Part shown: positions 17,859 through 29,000 of the stretch, piece after piece
How positions within the stretch are numbered: position 1 is the stretch's first letter
Layout: the number at the start of each line of letters is the position of its first letter
Assembly (NCBI GenBank): GCA_963668315.1
Contig: OY764216.1
Location: 1,504,001 to 1,568,000 of the forward strand
DNA: 64,000 nt
Direction: 5' to 3'
Source: Spirochaetia bacterium
GTDB taxonomy: Bacteria; Spirochaetota; Spirochaetia; DSM-2461
The notes under the pieces: generated by a model
Databases searched by the model: none
What the model was told of the DNA's origin: nothing
Seen by the model: only the letters and a program-made list of their open reading frames with translations
Program-made: the position numbers and the translations under genes

Positions 17859-20800
17859 ATGATTCTTGACGCCTTCCATCCCCTGGTCAGAGAGTGGTTC
17901 CTTGAAAAATTCGGAAATCCCACCGATATCCAGGAGAAAGGGTGGCGGGAGATTTCCTCCCGCTCCCATGTTCTGATGACCGCTCCCACGGGCAGCGGGA
18001 AAACTCTGGCCGCCTTCCTCTGGTCTTTGAATCAGCTTATCTCAGGCGAGTGGCCCGGGGGAATGGTACGGGTTCTGTATGTGTCTCCCCTGAAGGCTCT
18101 CAACAATGACGTGCGGCGCAACCTGACCGAACCTCTCGAGGAGCTGAGCCGGTTCTTTGAAGAGAGGGGAGAAGCGTTTCCCGTCATCCGGGTCCTGACC
18201 CGCTCGGGGGATACCAGTTCCTCGGACCGGCAGAAAATGATGCGCCGCCCCCCCGAGATACTCATCATAACCCCCGAAAGCCTCAACCTTATGCTCACGT
18301 CGGGAGCGGCCCGCTCCCTCCTGGCCGGTCTGACCACGGTCATTCTGGACGAGATACACGGCGTGGCCGATGATAAGCGGGGCGTCCATCTTTTCTCCGC
18401 CGTGGAAAGGCTGACCCGCATCAACGGGGATTTCCAGCGGATCGGACTCTCCGCCACGGTGAATCCCCTCTCCCTCGTGGCTTCCCTCATGGGAGGGTAT
18501 TATCCAAGAACAAACCCCGAAGAAGAGCCCCGTCCCCGGGCGGTGCGGATTATCCGGTCGGATATAAAAAAGGAGTACCGGCTGGATCTCCTCTTTCCCG
18601 AAAGCCCCGCCGGAGAGGAGACACGTTGGGCCGGGGTAATCCCCTCCTTCGTGGAGAAAATCAGGAAAAACCGTTCCACCCTGATCTTCTGCAACAGCCG
18701 GAGGCAGACCGAGAAAGTTACCCGCTTTATCAACGATTATGCCGGTGAGACCCTGGCCTTCGCCCATCACGGCTCCCTCTCCCGGGAAATAAGGACCTTT
18801 GTGGAAGGGCAGATGAAAAAGGGCGGCCTGAAGGCGATTGTCGCCACCAGTTCCCTGGAGATGGGAATCGATATAGGCAGCATTGACGAAGTGCTGATGA
18901 TCCAGTCCCCCTACGCCGTCTCCTCGGCCATCCAGAGGATCGGACGGGCGGGCCACCGGGTGGGCGATGTGAGCCGGGCCTCCCTCTATCCCATGCACGG
19001 GACCGATCTCATAGGCTGCGCGGTAGCGGGCCGGGCGGTTCTGGAAGGACAGATCGAGGAGCTCCACGTTCCGGTCAATCCCCTTGACGTCCTGGCTCAG
19101 GTTATTCTCTCCATGGTCTGCACCGAGGAGTGGAACCTCGATGACCTGTATCTGTTCATCACTTCCGTCTGGCACTGGCACACCCTGCCGCGCCGCCATT
19201 TCGACCTGGTGGTGCAGATGCTTAACGGGCGGTACAGCGATACGAGAATCGGGGAACTGAAGCCCCGGATCAATATTGACCCGGTCAGAAATACCTGCGC
19301 CGCCCGGGACGGGGCCCAGCGCGTACTCTATCTGTCGGGCGGGACCATTCCCGACCGGGGCTATTATGAGCTGCGCGGCAGGGACGGTACGCTTATAGGG
19401 GAACTGGACGAGGAGTTCGTCTGGGAACGGTCCACCGGGGATTTCTTTACCCTGGGAACCCAGACCTGGCGGGTCGACAATATCACCGACCGGGCGGTGG
19501 AGGTGAGTCCGGCCGATGCGGGCGGGGCCATGAGCCCCTTCTGGAAAGCCGATCCCAACGGACGGGATTTTTTCTACTCCTCCCTGATCCTGGATTTTCT
19601 GGAGAAGGGAGAGCATCTCCTTTCCGAGAAGCGGAAAGGCGGGGTGGAGACGTTCCTTTCGGAACTGACCGCCGACTATCACATGGATGAAGAGGGGGGA
19701 CATGCCCTGGTGGAGTTTCTGCAGAGGCAGCGGTCCCATACGGAGAGCGCTCTTCCCCACCGGCACCATCTGCTTATCGAGCATTTCAACGATCCCCTAA
19801 ACAAGACGGACTGTCACCAGATCATCCTCCACACCCTGTGGGGCGGAAAGCTGAATTTTCCCTATTCCGAGGCTCTGGCCCAGGCCTGGGAGAATAAAGA
19901 GGGTTATCCCCTGCAGGTTTTCTGCGATGATGACGCGGTGATACTGGATCTGCCCCACCGGTTCAGCGTTCAGGATGTTCTGTCCCTGGTTTCGGGGGAT
20001 AATCTGGAAGCTCTCCTCAGGCAGAGGCTGGAATCAACCCCGTTTTTCGGCGGGAGGTTCCGGCAGAACTGTTCCCGGGCTCTTCTTCTCCCGAGGAAGT
20101 CCTTCAAGCAGCGTACGCCCCTCTGGCTGAACCGGCTCCGATCCAAGAAACTGCTTCAGGCCGTCAGCCGCTACGAAGATTTCCCCATCCTTACGGAAAC
20201 CTGGCGGACCTGCCTCTATGACGAATTCGACCTGCCCGTGCTTTCCTCCCTCCTCGATGAGATCCGGGAGGGGCGGATCGAAGTTTCCGAGGCTGTGACC
20301 CGGACCGCTTCCCCCTTTTCTTCGAGCATCGTCTACAGCCATACAAATCAGCGGATGTACGAGGATGATACTCCCCTGGGCGGGGCCTCCCATCTAAAGG
20401 ACGATCTGATCAAGGGCATCGTCCACCAGTCGGGGCTGCGTCCCATGCTGCCTGCCCGTCTGGCAGAGGAATTTACGGCGAAACTGCAGAGGACCTGGCC
20501 GGAATACGCCCCGCGCACGGCCGAGGATCTTTTCGACTGGGTGGAGGAGAGAATCTTTCTGCCCCTGAGCGAGTGGGAGGAGCTGAAAAGGGCCCTGTCC
20601 CGGGATCTGGGAGAGGAGGAAGCCCAGTCTCTTATCGAGAAGACGGAGGAGAAGCTTCTCATCCAGGAGAGGGAGAGTGCCGCCGAACCTCTGGTCCTTT
20701 CCCGAACCTACGGGAAGAAATATACCGGGGCTGTTATCATGGATGAGGGGGAAGAGCTCTTCTCCCGCTGGATCACCTTTTACGGCCCGGTTCAGACCGG

Positions 20801-22247
20801 CTATATCTCGGACCGCTATCCCGCCCCGGAGAAGGAGATCCTCGCCTGGCTGGAAACGCTCAGGGAGTCGGAATATCTCATCATCGACCGGCTGACCGAA
20901 GAGAGCGAAGGGGACCAGATCTGTACGGCGGAAAATCTGGAGATCCTGTTCCGCCTGAAAAGACGGCGGGGAAAGAGCGATTTCAAAGCTCTTCCCAAGG
21001 AGATGCTGAGTCTATTTCTTGCCGGCCACCAGGGGCTGACGGGGTGGGACTCTTCCGGCGAATCCTCCTCCGGGAACCGGGCCGAGAAGAGCGACCTGCA
21101 GGAAGCCCTGGAGAAGCTGGTCGCTTACGGGGCGAAAGCCTCCCTCTGGGAAACGGATATCCTGCCGGCGCGATTATATCCCTACTACCCCCCCTGGCTG
21201 GACACGCTGTTTCAGGAGAGTCCCCTCCTCTGGTACGGAGCGGGCAAGGAGAAGATCGCCTTCTGCTTCGAAGAGGAGCAGTCCCTTTTTATCAAGAGGG
21301 GAAAGAACCCTGTTCTTCCTCCGGATCTGCTCCCCGACGGAAGGGGGAGTTTCTCTTTCTGGGATCTGAAGGATCACACGGGCCTTCCCTCGGGGGAGCT
21401 CATGGATCTCCTCTGGAAGTCCTGCTGGTCCGGAGCCCTCAGCAACGACCGGTTCGCCTCGGTCCGCCGGGGCATCCTGACGAAGTTCAAATCGGAAAGC
21501 TTCCGGGAGATGGAAGACCGATCAGGGGGACGGATCCGGCGGGGAGGATTCAACCGTTGGGCCAACAGCCGGACACTGGAGGGCCGATGGTTTCTGACGG
21601 AGCCGATAGGGGAGCAGGAAGATCCCATAGAGAAGGATGAGCGGATGCGGGAAGTAATACGCCAGCTTTTTCTGCGCTATGGCGTCCTTTTCCGTACCCT
21701 TTTGGAGAGGGAAGCCCCCCATCAGAACTGGTCCGCCCTTTTCCGGACCCTCAGGCTTATGGAACTCTCCGGGGAGTGCGTCTCCGGGCGCTTCTTCGAG
21801 GGAATCCGGGGGCTTCAGTTCGCCAGTTGGGAGGCTTTGAGGGAGTTGAACCAGGGGCTGGATGAAACGAGGCTTTACTGGATGAACTGCACCGATCCGG
21901 CGTCGCTCTGCGGATTGAAAGAGGATGATTTCAAGGGCAACTATCCCTCCCGGCTGGCTACGAGCCACATGGTTTTCCGGGGTTCGCGCCTTCTGCTCGT
22001 TTCACGCAGAAACGGAAAGGAACTGGATTTTCATGTGCCCCCGGAAGCGGAAGATGCCGGAATCGCTCTGGGACTCTTCTCCCTGCTTCTGGGCCGGGAG
22101 ACCGATCCGCTTAAATCGGTCCGGGTCGAGACGGTCAACGGAGAGGGGGTAAGCGAGAGCTCCTACGGCCCCGTTCTGAAAGCGGCCGGGTTCCGGGATA
22201 ACTTCTCCTGCTATATTTTGAATGGGCCGGTGAACCGGGGGCTTTAA
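17859..22247 (+). CDS. lhr: Lhr-family ATP-dependent helicase, full length with C-terminal domain
   Basis: TAPTGSGKT, SPLKALNND, DEIH, SAT, HHGSLS, ATSSLEMGIDIG, QRIGRAGH, GTIPDRG, GELDEEF, C-terminal GRFFEG..GLQFA and DPA. Confidence 0.92.
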   Translation: MILDAFHPLVREWFLEKFGNPTDIQEKGWREISSRSHVLMTAPTGSGKTLAAFLWSLNQLISGEWPGGMVRVLYVSPLKALNNDVRRNLTEPLEELSRFFEERGEAFPVIRVLTRSGDTSSSDRQKMMRRPPEILIITPESLNLMLTSGAARSLLAGLTTVILDEIHGVADDKRGVHLFSAVERLTRINGDFQRIGLSATVNPLSLVASLMGGYYPRTNPEEEPRPRAVRIIRSDIKKEYRLDLLFPESPAGEETRWAGVIPSFVEKIRKNRSTLIFCNSRRQTEKVTRFINDYAGETLAFAHHGSLSREIRTFVEGQMKKGGLKAIVATSSLEMGIDIGSIDEVLMIQSPYAVSSAIQRIGRAGHRVGDVSRASLYPMHGTDLIGCAVAGRAVLEGQIEELHVPVNPLDVLAQVILSMVCTEEWNLDDLYLFITSVWHWHTLPRRHFDLVVQMLNGRYSDTRIGELKPRINIDPVRNTCAARDGAQRVLYLSGGTIPDRGYYELRGRDGTLIGELDEEFVWERSTGDFFTLGTQTWRVDNITDRAVEVSPADAGGAMSPFWKADPNGRDFFYSSLILDFLEKGEHLLSEKRKGGVETFLSELTADYHMDEEGGHALVEFLQRQRSHTESALPHRHHLLIEHFNDPLNKTDCHQIILHTLWGGKLNFPYSEALAQAWENKEGYPLQVFCDDDAVILDLPHRFSVQDVLSLVSGDNLEALLRQRLESTPFFGGRFRQNCSRALLLPRKSFKQRTPLWLNRLRSKKLLQAVSRYEDFPILTETWRTCLYDEFDLPVLSSLLDEIREGRIEVSEAVTRTASPFSSSIVYSHTNQRMYEDDTPLGGASHLKDDLIKGIVHQSGLRPMLPARLAEEFTAKLQRTWPEYAPRTAEDLFDWVEERIFLPLSEWEELKRALSRDLGEEEAQSLIEKTEEKLLIQERESAAEPLVLSRTYGKKYTGAVIMDEGEELFSRWITFYGPVQTGYISDRYPAPEKEILAWLETLRESEYLIIDRLTEESEGDQICTAENLEILFRLKRRRGKSDFKALPKEMLSLFLAGHQGLTGWDSSGESSSGNRAEKSDLQEALEKLVAYGAKASLWETDILPARLYPYYPPWLDTLFQESPLLWYGAGKEKIAFCFEEEQSLFIKRGKNPVLPPDLLPDGRGSFSFWDLKDHTGLPSGELMDLLWKSCWSGALSNDRFASVRRGILTKFKSESFREMEDRSGGRIRRGGFNRWANSRTLEGRWFLTEPIGEQEDPIEKDERMREVIRQLFLRYGVLFRTLLEREAPHQNWSALFRTLRLMELSGECVSGRFFEGIRGLQFASWEALRELNQGLDETRLYWMNCTDPASLCGLKEDDFKGNYPSRLATSHMVFRGSRLLLVSRRNGKELDFHVPPEAEDAGIALGLFSLLLGRETDPLKSVRVETVNGEGVSESSYGPVLKAAGFRDNFSCYILNGPVNRGL

Positions 22248-22391
22248 CCTCATTGGCAATCGGCTCCTTTTGTGATAGAAAATAGGAAGCCTGTTGTTAT
22301 TTAAGAATAGATGAAATGAGGGAATGTTTTATTTCCCGGGCCGATGGGTGAACCTATCACCCCGCAGCCCATGCGTCCCAAGGAGTAACGC

Positions 22392-23552
22392 ATGGTAAAT
22401 TTTCAGTTTTACGCACCCACGAAAATCGAATTCGGCCGCGGCGCCGAGCTTAAGGCGGGAGCCTATGTTAAGGAGTACGGGAAAACCGTTCTCCTCCATT
22501 ACGGCAAAGGTCATATCATCAATACCGGTCTTTACGATAAGATCAAACAGCAGCTCGAATCGGAGGGGTTGACCGTGGTGGAACTCGGCGGTGTAAAAGC
22601 CAACCCCGAAGTCGGTCTTGTCCGCGAGGGTATAGAACTGTGCCGGGCCGAAGGGGTGGATTTTATTCTGGCCGTGGGAGGGGGAAGCGTTATCGACTCC
22701 TCCAAAGCCATCGCCCTGGGCGTTCCCTGGGAGGGGGATGTCTGGGATATCTGGTTCAACGGCGGGGTCCCCGTGAAAGCCCTGCCCCTGGGGGTAATTC
22801 TCACCATTCCCGCGGCGGGCAGCGAAATGAGCCAATTCAGCGTCATAACCAACGGCAGGTACAAAGTCGGCTATCATAACGATCTGATCCGCCCCCGGTT
22901 CGCGGCGCTGAATCCGGAACTGACCTTTTCCCTGAGCCCCTGGCAGACTGCCTCGGGCGTAGTGGATATCATGGCCCATGTGATGGAGCGCTATTTTACC
23001 GAAGAGGGCCATGTGGATTTTTCCGACGGGATGTGCGAGGGCCTCTTGCGGGCCATGATCAAGAACGGCCCCCGGGTTCTGGCCGATCCCGAAGACTATG
23101 ACGCCCGGGCTGAGGTCATGTGGGCCGGATGCATCGCCCACAACGGGCTTCTTGGGATGGGTCGGATAGAAGACTGGGCCTCCCACCGCATCCAGATGCC
23201 CCTGAGCGCCCTCTATGACATAACCCACGGGGCGGGGCTGGCCGTCATATTTCCCGCCTGGATCAGATACGTGTCGCGCAGGAAACCGGAACCTTTTATT
23301 AAGTTCTTCACCCGCGTTTTCGACATCCCCTATGATTTTGACTGTCCCGAAAGGGTTATTGAAAGGGGGCTTGTCCTTCTGGAAAATTTCTACCGTTCCC
23401 TGGAGATGCCAGTCCGCCTGAAAGAGATGGGCATCGACGATTCCCGCTTCGAGGAACTGGCCGACATCGTTACCGTGAAGGGGCCGACGGGGAATCTGGT
23501 AAAACTCGCTAAAGATGATGTCCTGGCCATCTATCGTCTCGCACTGGAATAG
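22392..23552 (+). CDS. Iron-containing alcohol dehydrogenase (BdhA/YqhD-like)
   Basis: AVGGGSVIDSSK, TIPAAGSE, DIMAHVMERYF, WASH, HGAGLA. Confidence 0.92.
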   Translation: MVNFQFYAPTKIEFGRGAELKAGAYVKEYGKTVLLHYGKGHIINTGLYDKIKQQLESEGLTVVELGGVKANPEVGLVREGIELCRAEGVDFILAVGGGSVIDSSKAIALGVPWEGDVWDIWFNGGVPVKALPLGVILTIPAAGSEMSQFSVITNGRYKVGYHNDLIRPRFAALNPELTFSLSPWQTASGVVDIMAHVMERYFTEEGHVDFSDGMCEGLLRAMIKNGPRVLADPEDYDARAEVMWAGCIAHNGLLGMGRIEDWASHRIQMPLSALYDITHGAGLAVIFPAWIRYVSRRKPEPFIKFFTRVFDIPYDFDCPERVIERGLVLLENFYRSLEMPVRLKEMGIDDSRFEELADIVTVKGPTGNLVKLAKDDVLAIYRLALE

Positions 23553-23558
23553 GTGGTT

Positions 23559-25049
23559 ATGGAGAGAGATAATCAGCATCCCGACTATAAACCCTACCGA
23601 AAAAGGACGATTGCCATTATCACAAAGGGGCTTTCGTTTTTTATTATCGCCGGTTTCTTTATAAACGGCCTCTGGTTTTTCTGGGACTCTTTCAGAAAAA
23701 TCCTCGCCCAGGAAATATTCCTTCTCCTCCTCTATCTGTTTACCCTTCTTATTAACTATATTGTCAATAAGAAGGAGTGGGAACTGGGGGCTTTGCGCCT
23801 CTACTCGGTGGCGGGAATCGTGACGGGCATGTTTTTTATCTTCTCCACGGGGGATGACTATCTCTTCGTCGGTCTCATCATTCTGGCCCTTTTCTCACTC
23901 ATCTCCATTTTTTCCCTGAACAGGCGGGAATCGGGACTCTGGAATATTCTGTGCCTCGTCGCCGGGGCCGCCGCTCTTTATCTTCGATATTCCTATTCTC
24001 CCGTGCATACACAATACAGCCGGGATGAACTGATACAGATTTCCCTTTTTATGGTGCTCATGTCTTCCCTTCTTCTTTTTCTCGGATACTCCACGGAAGG
24101 GATCGTCAAGGAGTATATCAACCGTCTCTGGATGCAGTCTAAAAAGATGGAGCTGCTCCTGGGCCGGGAGAAGATCCTCCGCGACAAATACCAGCTGGTC
24201 TTCTCCATGATTCCCGATATCCTCATCATGATGGACGGGTCGGGGCGGATTTATGATGTAAACCGGACCATGGTGCTCTATACAGGACTGAGCCGGGAGA
24301 CGCTCACGGCCCGGAATGTTCTGGACTTTCTGCCCGGGGTGGACCGGGAGTTTCTGGAAACGACGACAAGCCGGGTTTCCGGTGGAAGAATACAGGACGG
24401 GCTGGAAGTCCTGGTATCAGGAAGGGAGGAGGACAGGATTTTTGAGATCAGTCTCAGTTCCCTCGATGAAGAGAGCGGGGAAGAACGTTTTATTATTCTG
24501 GCCCGGGACATAACGGAAAGGAAGAAAACGGAACAGTCAGAGCGTTCCCGGGCGGAGGAACTGTACATACGATCCATTACCGATCCTCTTACCGGGCTGA
24601 GCAACCGGCTGAAACTGGATGACTTTCTCAAGGGGGAGATCAATAAGTCCGCCCGCTACGGGTCGCCCTTCTCCCTTATCATCTGCGATATCGACCATTT
24701 CAAAATGGTTAATGATACCTACGGCCACAGCACGGGCGACCGGGTCCTGAAAAATCTGGCGGCCCTTCTAAAGGAGAGCGTGAGAAATACCGACCTGAGC
24801 GGACGCTGGGGCGGAGAGGAATTTCTCGTTGTCTGCCCCGAGACGGAACTGGAGGACGGTTATTCTCTCGCAGAGAAAATCCGGGTAGCCGTGAGGGACA
24901 TGTCCGTCCCCAGGGAAGAGAAAATCACCCTCAGCTTCGGGGTTACCCAGTTCCGGGAGGGCGATGATATGGAGGGCCTGCTGGCCCGCGCCGATAAGGC
25001 TCTTTACAGAGCGAAGGAGACCGGGCGGGACCGGACGGTCAAGCTTTAA
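23559..25049 (+). CDS. Membrane PAS-GGDEF diguanylate cyclase
   Basis: About 6 TM, PAS ending RDITERK, TDPLTGLSNR, RNTD I-site, GGEEF. Confidence 0.9.
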   Translation: MERDNQHPDYKPYRKRTIAIITKGLSFFIIAGFFINGLWFFWDSFRKILAQEIFLLLLYLFTLLINYIVNKKEWELGALRLYSVAGIVTGMFFIFSTGDDYLFVGLIILALFSLISIFSLNRRESGLWNILCLVAGAAALYLRYSYSPVHTQYSRDELIQISLFMVLMSSLLLFLGYSTEGIVKEYINRLWMQSKKMELLLGREKILRDKYQLVFSMIPDILIMMDGSGRIYDVNRTMVLYTGLSRETLTARNVLDFLPGVDREFLETTTSRVSGGRIQDGLEVLVSGREEDRIFEISLSSLDEESGEERFIILARDITERKKTEQSERSRAEELYIRSITDPLTGLSNRLKLDDFLKGEINKSARYGSPFSLIICDIDHFKMVNDTYGHSTGDRVLKNLAALLKESVRNTDLSGRWGGEEFLVVCPETELEDGYSLAEKIRVAVRDMSVPREEKITLSFGVTQFREGDDMEGLLARADKALYRAKETGRDRTVKL

Positions 25050-25954
25050 TTTTTCCCTGCTGCGATCCGGCGGCTTTCGGCCAGAATAGCCTCTCCGTAG
25101 TCGGGGAGGGCTCCGGGCTGGGATACGACTCTGTCCGCCACGCTCTGGGCAAACCGGGCGGAACGGGGAATATCACCCGTATGAAAGTAGCAGAAACAGA
25201 AAGCCCCCGAGTAGGAGTCACCCGCCCCCACCGTATCGATGACGGGAACATCGCTCTCAATGGGAAAATACTGCCGTCCCTCCGGCGTGATAATATCGGC
25301 TCCCTCGGGGCCTTTGGTCAGGATAAGAAGCTCCAGCCCGGGGTATGCTTCCTTCATACGGGAAAAGAGTTCTTCCGGGGAATAGACCGCTCCGAAGATC
25401 AGCTCCGAAAGGAGGGGGAGCTCTTCGTCATTCAATTTGAGAATCGTTGTATGGGCAAGGGATTTTTCCATTACTTCCTTTGAATAGTAGTGCTGCCGGA
25501 TATTCACATCGAAAAAGACAATCCTGGCCCTGAGGGAGGGAAAAATCCTTTCATGAAGCAGGGAAAGATTGGCTTCGGAGCGCTGGGCGAGGGAGCCTAT
25601 ATAAAAGAGATCCCACTCTCTGTCCCGCAGCTGCGCCAGATTCTCCCCGCTGAGGCTAATGTTATCCCATGCCGTGCCGGTAACAATTTCGTATGAGGGA
25701 ATACCCTTCTCCATGGTTACTTCCACCACACCCGTAGGCTGGGGCACCTCTGATATAAAATCGGTTTTAACATTTACCCTGCTCACTTCCGTGAGGGTTT
25801 TGGCTCCAAGATCATCCTGGCCGACGGCGCTGATGATATAACCGTTAGAACCGAACTGGGCGGAATGGGCCGCAAAATTCAGGGGGGCTCCTCCCAGATG
25901 GTATTCCTTCTCAATATGGTCCCACAGGACCTCTCCGAAACACAATACATTCAT
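25046..25954 (-). CDS. PfkB-family carbohydrate kinase (fructokinase-like)
   Basis: CFGEVLWD, GGAPLNFA, DVNIR, KLNDEE, DTVGAGDS; start re-called after TTGCGT-N17-TACACT-N6. Confidence 0.92.
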   Translation of the reverse strand: MNVLCFGEVLWDHIEKEYHLGGAPLNFAAHSAQFGSNGYIISAVGQDDLGAKTLTEVSRVNVKTDFISEVPQPTGVVEVTMEKGIPSYEIVTGTAWDNISLSGENLAQLRDREWDLFYIGSLAQRSEANLSLLHERIFPSLRARIVFFDVNIRQHYYSKEVMEKSLAHTTILKLNDEELPLLSELIFGAVYSPEELFSRMKEAYPGLELLILTKGPEGADIITPEGRQYFPIESDVPVIDTVGAGDSYSGAFCFCYFHTGDIPRSARFAQSVADRVVSQPGALPDYGEAILAESRRIAAGKN

Positions 25955-26079
25955 GGAGGCAGTGTACTCTGAATCATCCATACACGCAATATATTCCGTC
26001 AGAGGGAAAATCGGGTAAATTTTTTTTGGACTTTGCATTAATGGGCGACTGCCTATATAATTTGAAGGATGAGGTTGCT

Positions 26080-29000
26080 TTGTTATTGAAGAAATTTCCT
26101 ATCCAGAGAAAACTTCTGCTCTCTTTTACGGGGCTTTTTATCCTGATTATCATGCTGACTCTTATGGCCGTGAGCTTTCTGATTTACCGGGAGAGGCGCA
26201 AGGACGTGAAGCGGGAGCTGGAAAATATTACGAAGACCGTGGCGGAACTGGTCATGTCCCACCTTGAGCTCATGCATGAGTTCAAGCTGGAGGAGGAGGT
26301 CGAATCGGCGAAGTCGGTCCTCGGGTATCTCTATGAGAAGGGGCATCAGGACGGCCGTTCCGACGAGGATATTCGGGATCTAGCCGCGAGCTATCTTTCC
26401 CGGGTCAAGGTAGGCGATTCGGGGTATTTTTTCGTTATCGATTCCAGCGGGAATGTGCAGATTCATCCCCATCCGGAACTGGTGGGACAATCTCTTCTTG
26501 AATATGAATTTGTCCGAACCCAAATCGCTGCCCGTGAGGGGTTCCTGGAGTATCTCTGGAAGAATCCCGATGAGGACGAGTACAGAGAGAAGGCCCTTTA
26601 TATGACATATTTTGAGCCTTTCGACTGGATTATCTCCGCCTCAACTTACAATGAAGATTTCTTTTCCCTCTTTTCCGTTGAGAAGATCAAGGAGAGTCTT
26701 GAAAATATCCCCGTGGGAAATGAGGGATATGTTTTCATTCTCGACGGGGACGGAAAGCTCCTTATTCATCCCCAGTACGAGGGAATGAATGTCGGTAATC
26801 TGAATATCGAAGGTTTCGACTCCTCTTTTCTTATGGATATCATGGCGGAGAAGAACGGGAGTATGTCCTATCAGTGGACCGATAAAGAATCGGGCAGGAA
26901 AGCGGAGAGATTTCTTCTGTTCCGGGAAATTCCCGAGATCGGATGGATCATCGGTTCGGTCGTCCCCTTTGGGGAGTACACCAGCTTCATTGTCCGTATC
27001 TATCTCTTTACGGCGCTGATTTTCGCCGTTGCCTTTCTGCTATTTTATCTGATGAGTCACCGCATCTCCCTGATGTTTGCCCGTCCTCTCATAGGAATTA
27101 TGGATTTTCTTGAGAGGACCTGCTATTCCGAATTGTCTCAAAGGCTGGATGAATCGGGGCGTGACGAATTCTCTCAGCTGAGCCGGCGGATAAACGAATT
27201 TCTCGATGCCGTAGAAGAAGAGAAAAACAACAGGCTTATCGCCGAGGAGGAGAACCGGATTCTGGCGCAGTTCACCAACGGGAATCCCTATCCCGTTATG
27301 CGGGTGGACAGCAACGGGTATATCCTCTATGTCAACAGGGCGTCCATAGAGCTGATGAAATTCTGGGAAATCGCCTTTGATACGAAACTGCCGGCAGATC
27401 TGACCCTCATGATCAGGGAACGGGATTCGGAGCTCGTGGATATTGAATACAAGCGGAAGAACCGCATCTATAATATCATGCTCTCCTTTTTTGAAGACCA
27501 GGACTCCTGCTATCTTCTCATTTCCGATATCACCGAGAGAAAGGAGGATGAGTATCTCCTCATGATGTCGGAAAGTGTTTTTTCCCACACCATGGAAGGG
27601 ATCATCATAACCAATCCGGACGGAACCATCGTACGGGTCAATCCGGCATTCTGTCAGATCAGCGGGTATTCCGAAGAGGAGGTGATCGGTGCGAATCCCA
27701 GACTGCTCCGCTCGGATCATCACGGGAAGGATTTTTTCAGCGCCCTGTGGTCGGCTCTTCTGGAAAACGGAACCTGGACGGGAGAGATATGGAACAGGAG
27801 AAAGAATGGAGAAGCCTTTCCCGAATGGCTGACCATCAACAGCATCAAGGACGACTCGGGAAAACTTGTTCATTACGTGGGTATTTTCAAAGATATATCC
27901 GATATCAAGGAGAGCGAGGAGAAGCTCCGATATCAGGTGTCCCACGACGCTCTTACGGGGCTTCCCAACCGCATCCTCTTCGAAGACCGGCTGAACCGGG
28001 CCATCGCCCGGGCCGGCAGGAACAGGTATAACCTGGCAGTCCTGTTCCTGGATATGGACAATTTCAAAAACATCAACGATACCCTGGGCCATCAGGCGGG
28101 AGATGATTTCCTGAAAATAATCGGGGAGCGGCTCGTCCAGTCCTGCCGGGAGGAAGATACGGTAGCCCGCCTGGGCGGTGACGAATTCGTCATTCTGATC
28201 CCGGAGCTTACGGAGCAGCATAATCTTATCGAAATAACGAGCCGGATACAGATTACGGTGGGGAAGTCTCTGCTCTTCAATACACACGAGCTCCATCCCT
28301 CGGTAAGTATCGGTGTCACCATTTTCCCCGACGACGGAGACACCCCCGCCCTCTTGATGAAGAATGCCGATCTGGCCATGTATAAGGCCAAGGACAGCGG
28401 AAAGGGAACCTATTCCCTTTTCAATAAAGAGATGAACCGTCAGGTGAAGAAAAGAATGGAACTGGAGGGGCAGCTTAAGAAGTCTCTTCAGAGAAAAGAG
28501 ATGTATCTTCTCTATCAGCCCAAGGTCTCGGTTCGCAGCGGGAAGATTACCGGCCTTGAGGCTCTTGTGCGTTGGGAGAATAAAAAGCTGGGGCTAATCT
28601 CACCGGTGGATTTTATTCCTCTGGCAGAGGAGTCCGGCTTCATTCATGCTCTGGGAGACTGGGTGCTCGAAACAGCTCTGGACGCCCTGTCGGAGATCAA
28701 TAGCAGGGGAGAACTCGGCTGGGAAATGGCCGTCAATCTGTCCACCCGTCAGTTCAGGGATATCAACCTGACAGCAAGGATCGAGAGTATCATACGCCGT
28801 TCCGGGATTGATCCGTCTCACATCAATCTGGAGATAACCGAGCATGCCGCGATGGAGGAGTCGGGAGAATCGCTGGAGATCGTATCCCGTCTGAAACAGC
28901 TGGGCGTCCGTATTTCCATTGACGATTTCGGCACGGGATACTCTTCCTACGGGTATCTGAAGCAGTTCGAAGTGCAATGCCTGAAAATAGACAAGTCCTT

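Noticed and set aside
18042..19784. 580-aa minus-strand ORF inside lhr
   Set aside because: Antisense shadow of a well-supported helicase
22268..22290. Possible Rex box (TTGTGA..) upstream of the alcohol dehydrogenase
   Set aside because: Only one half-site resembles TTGTGAA-N4-TTCACAA
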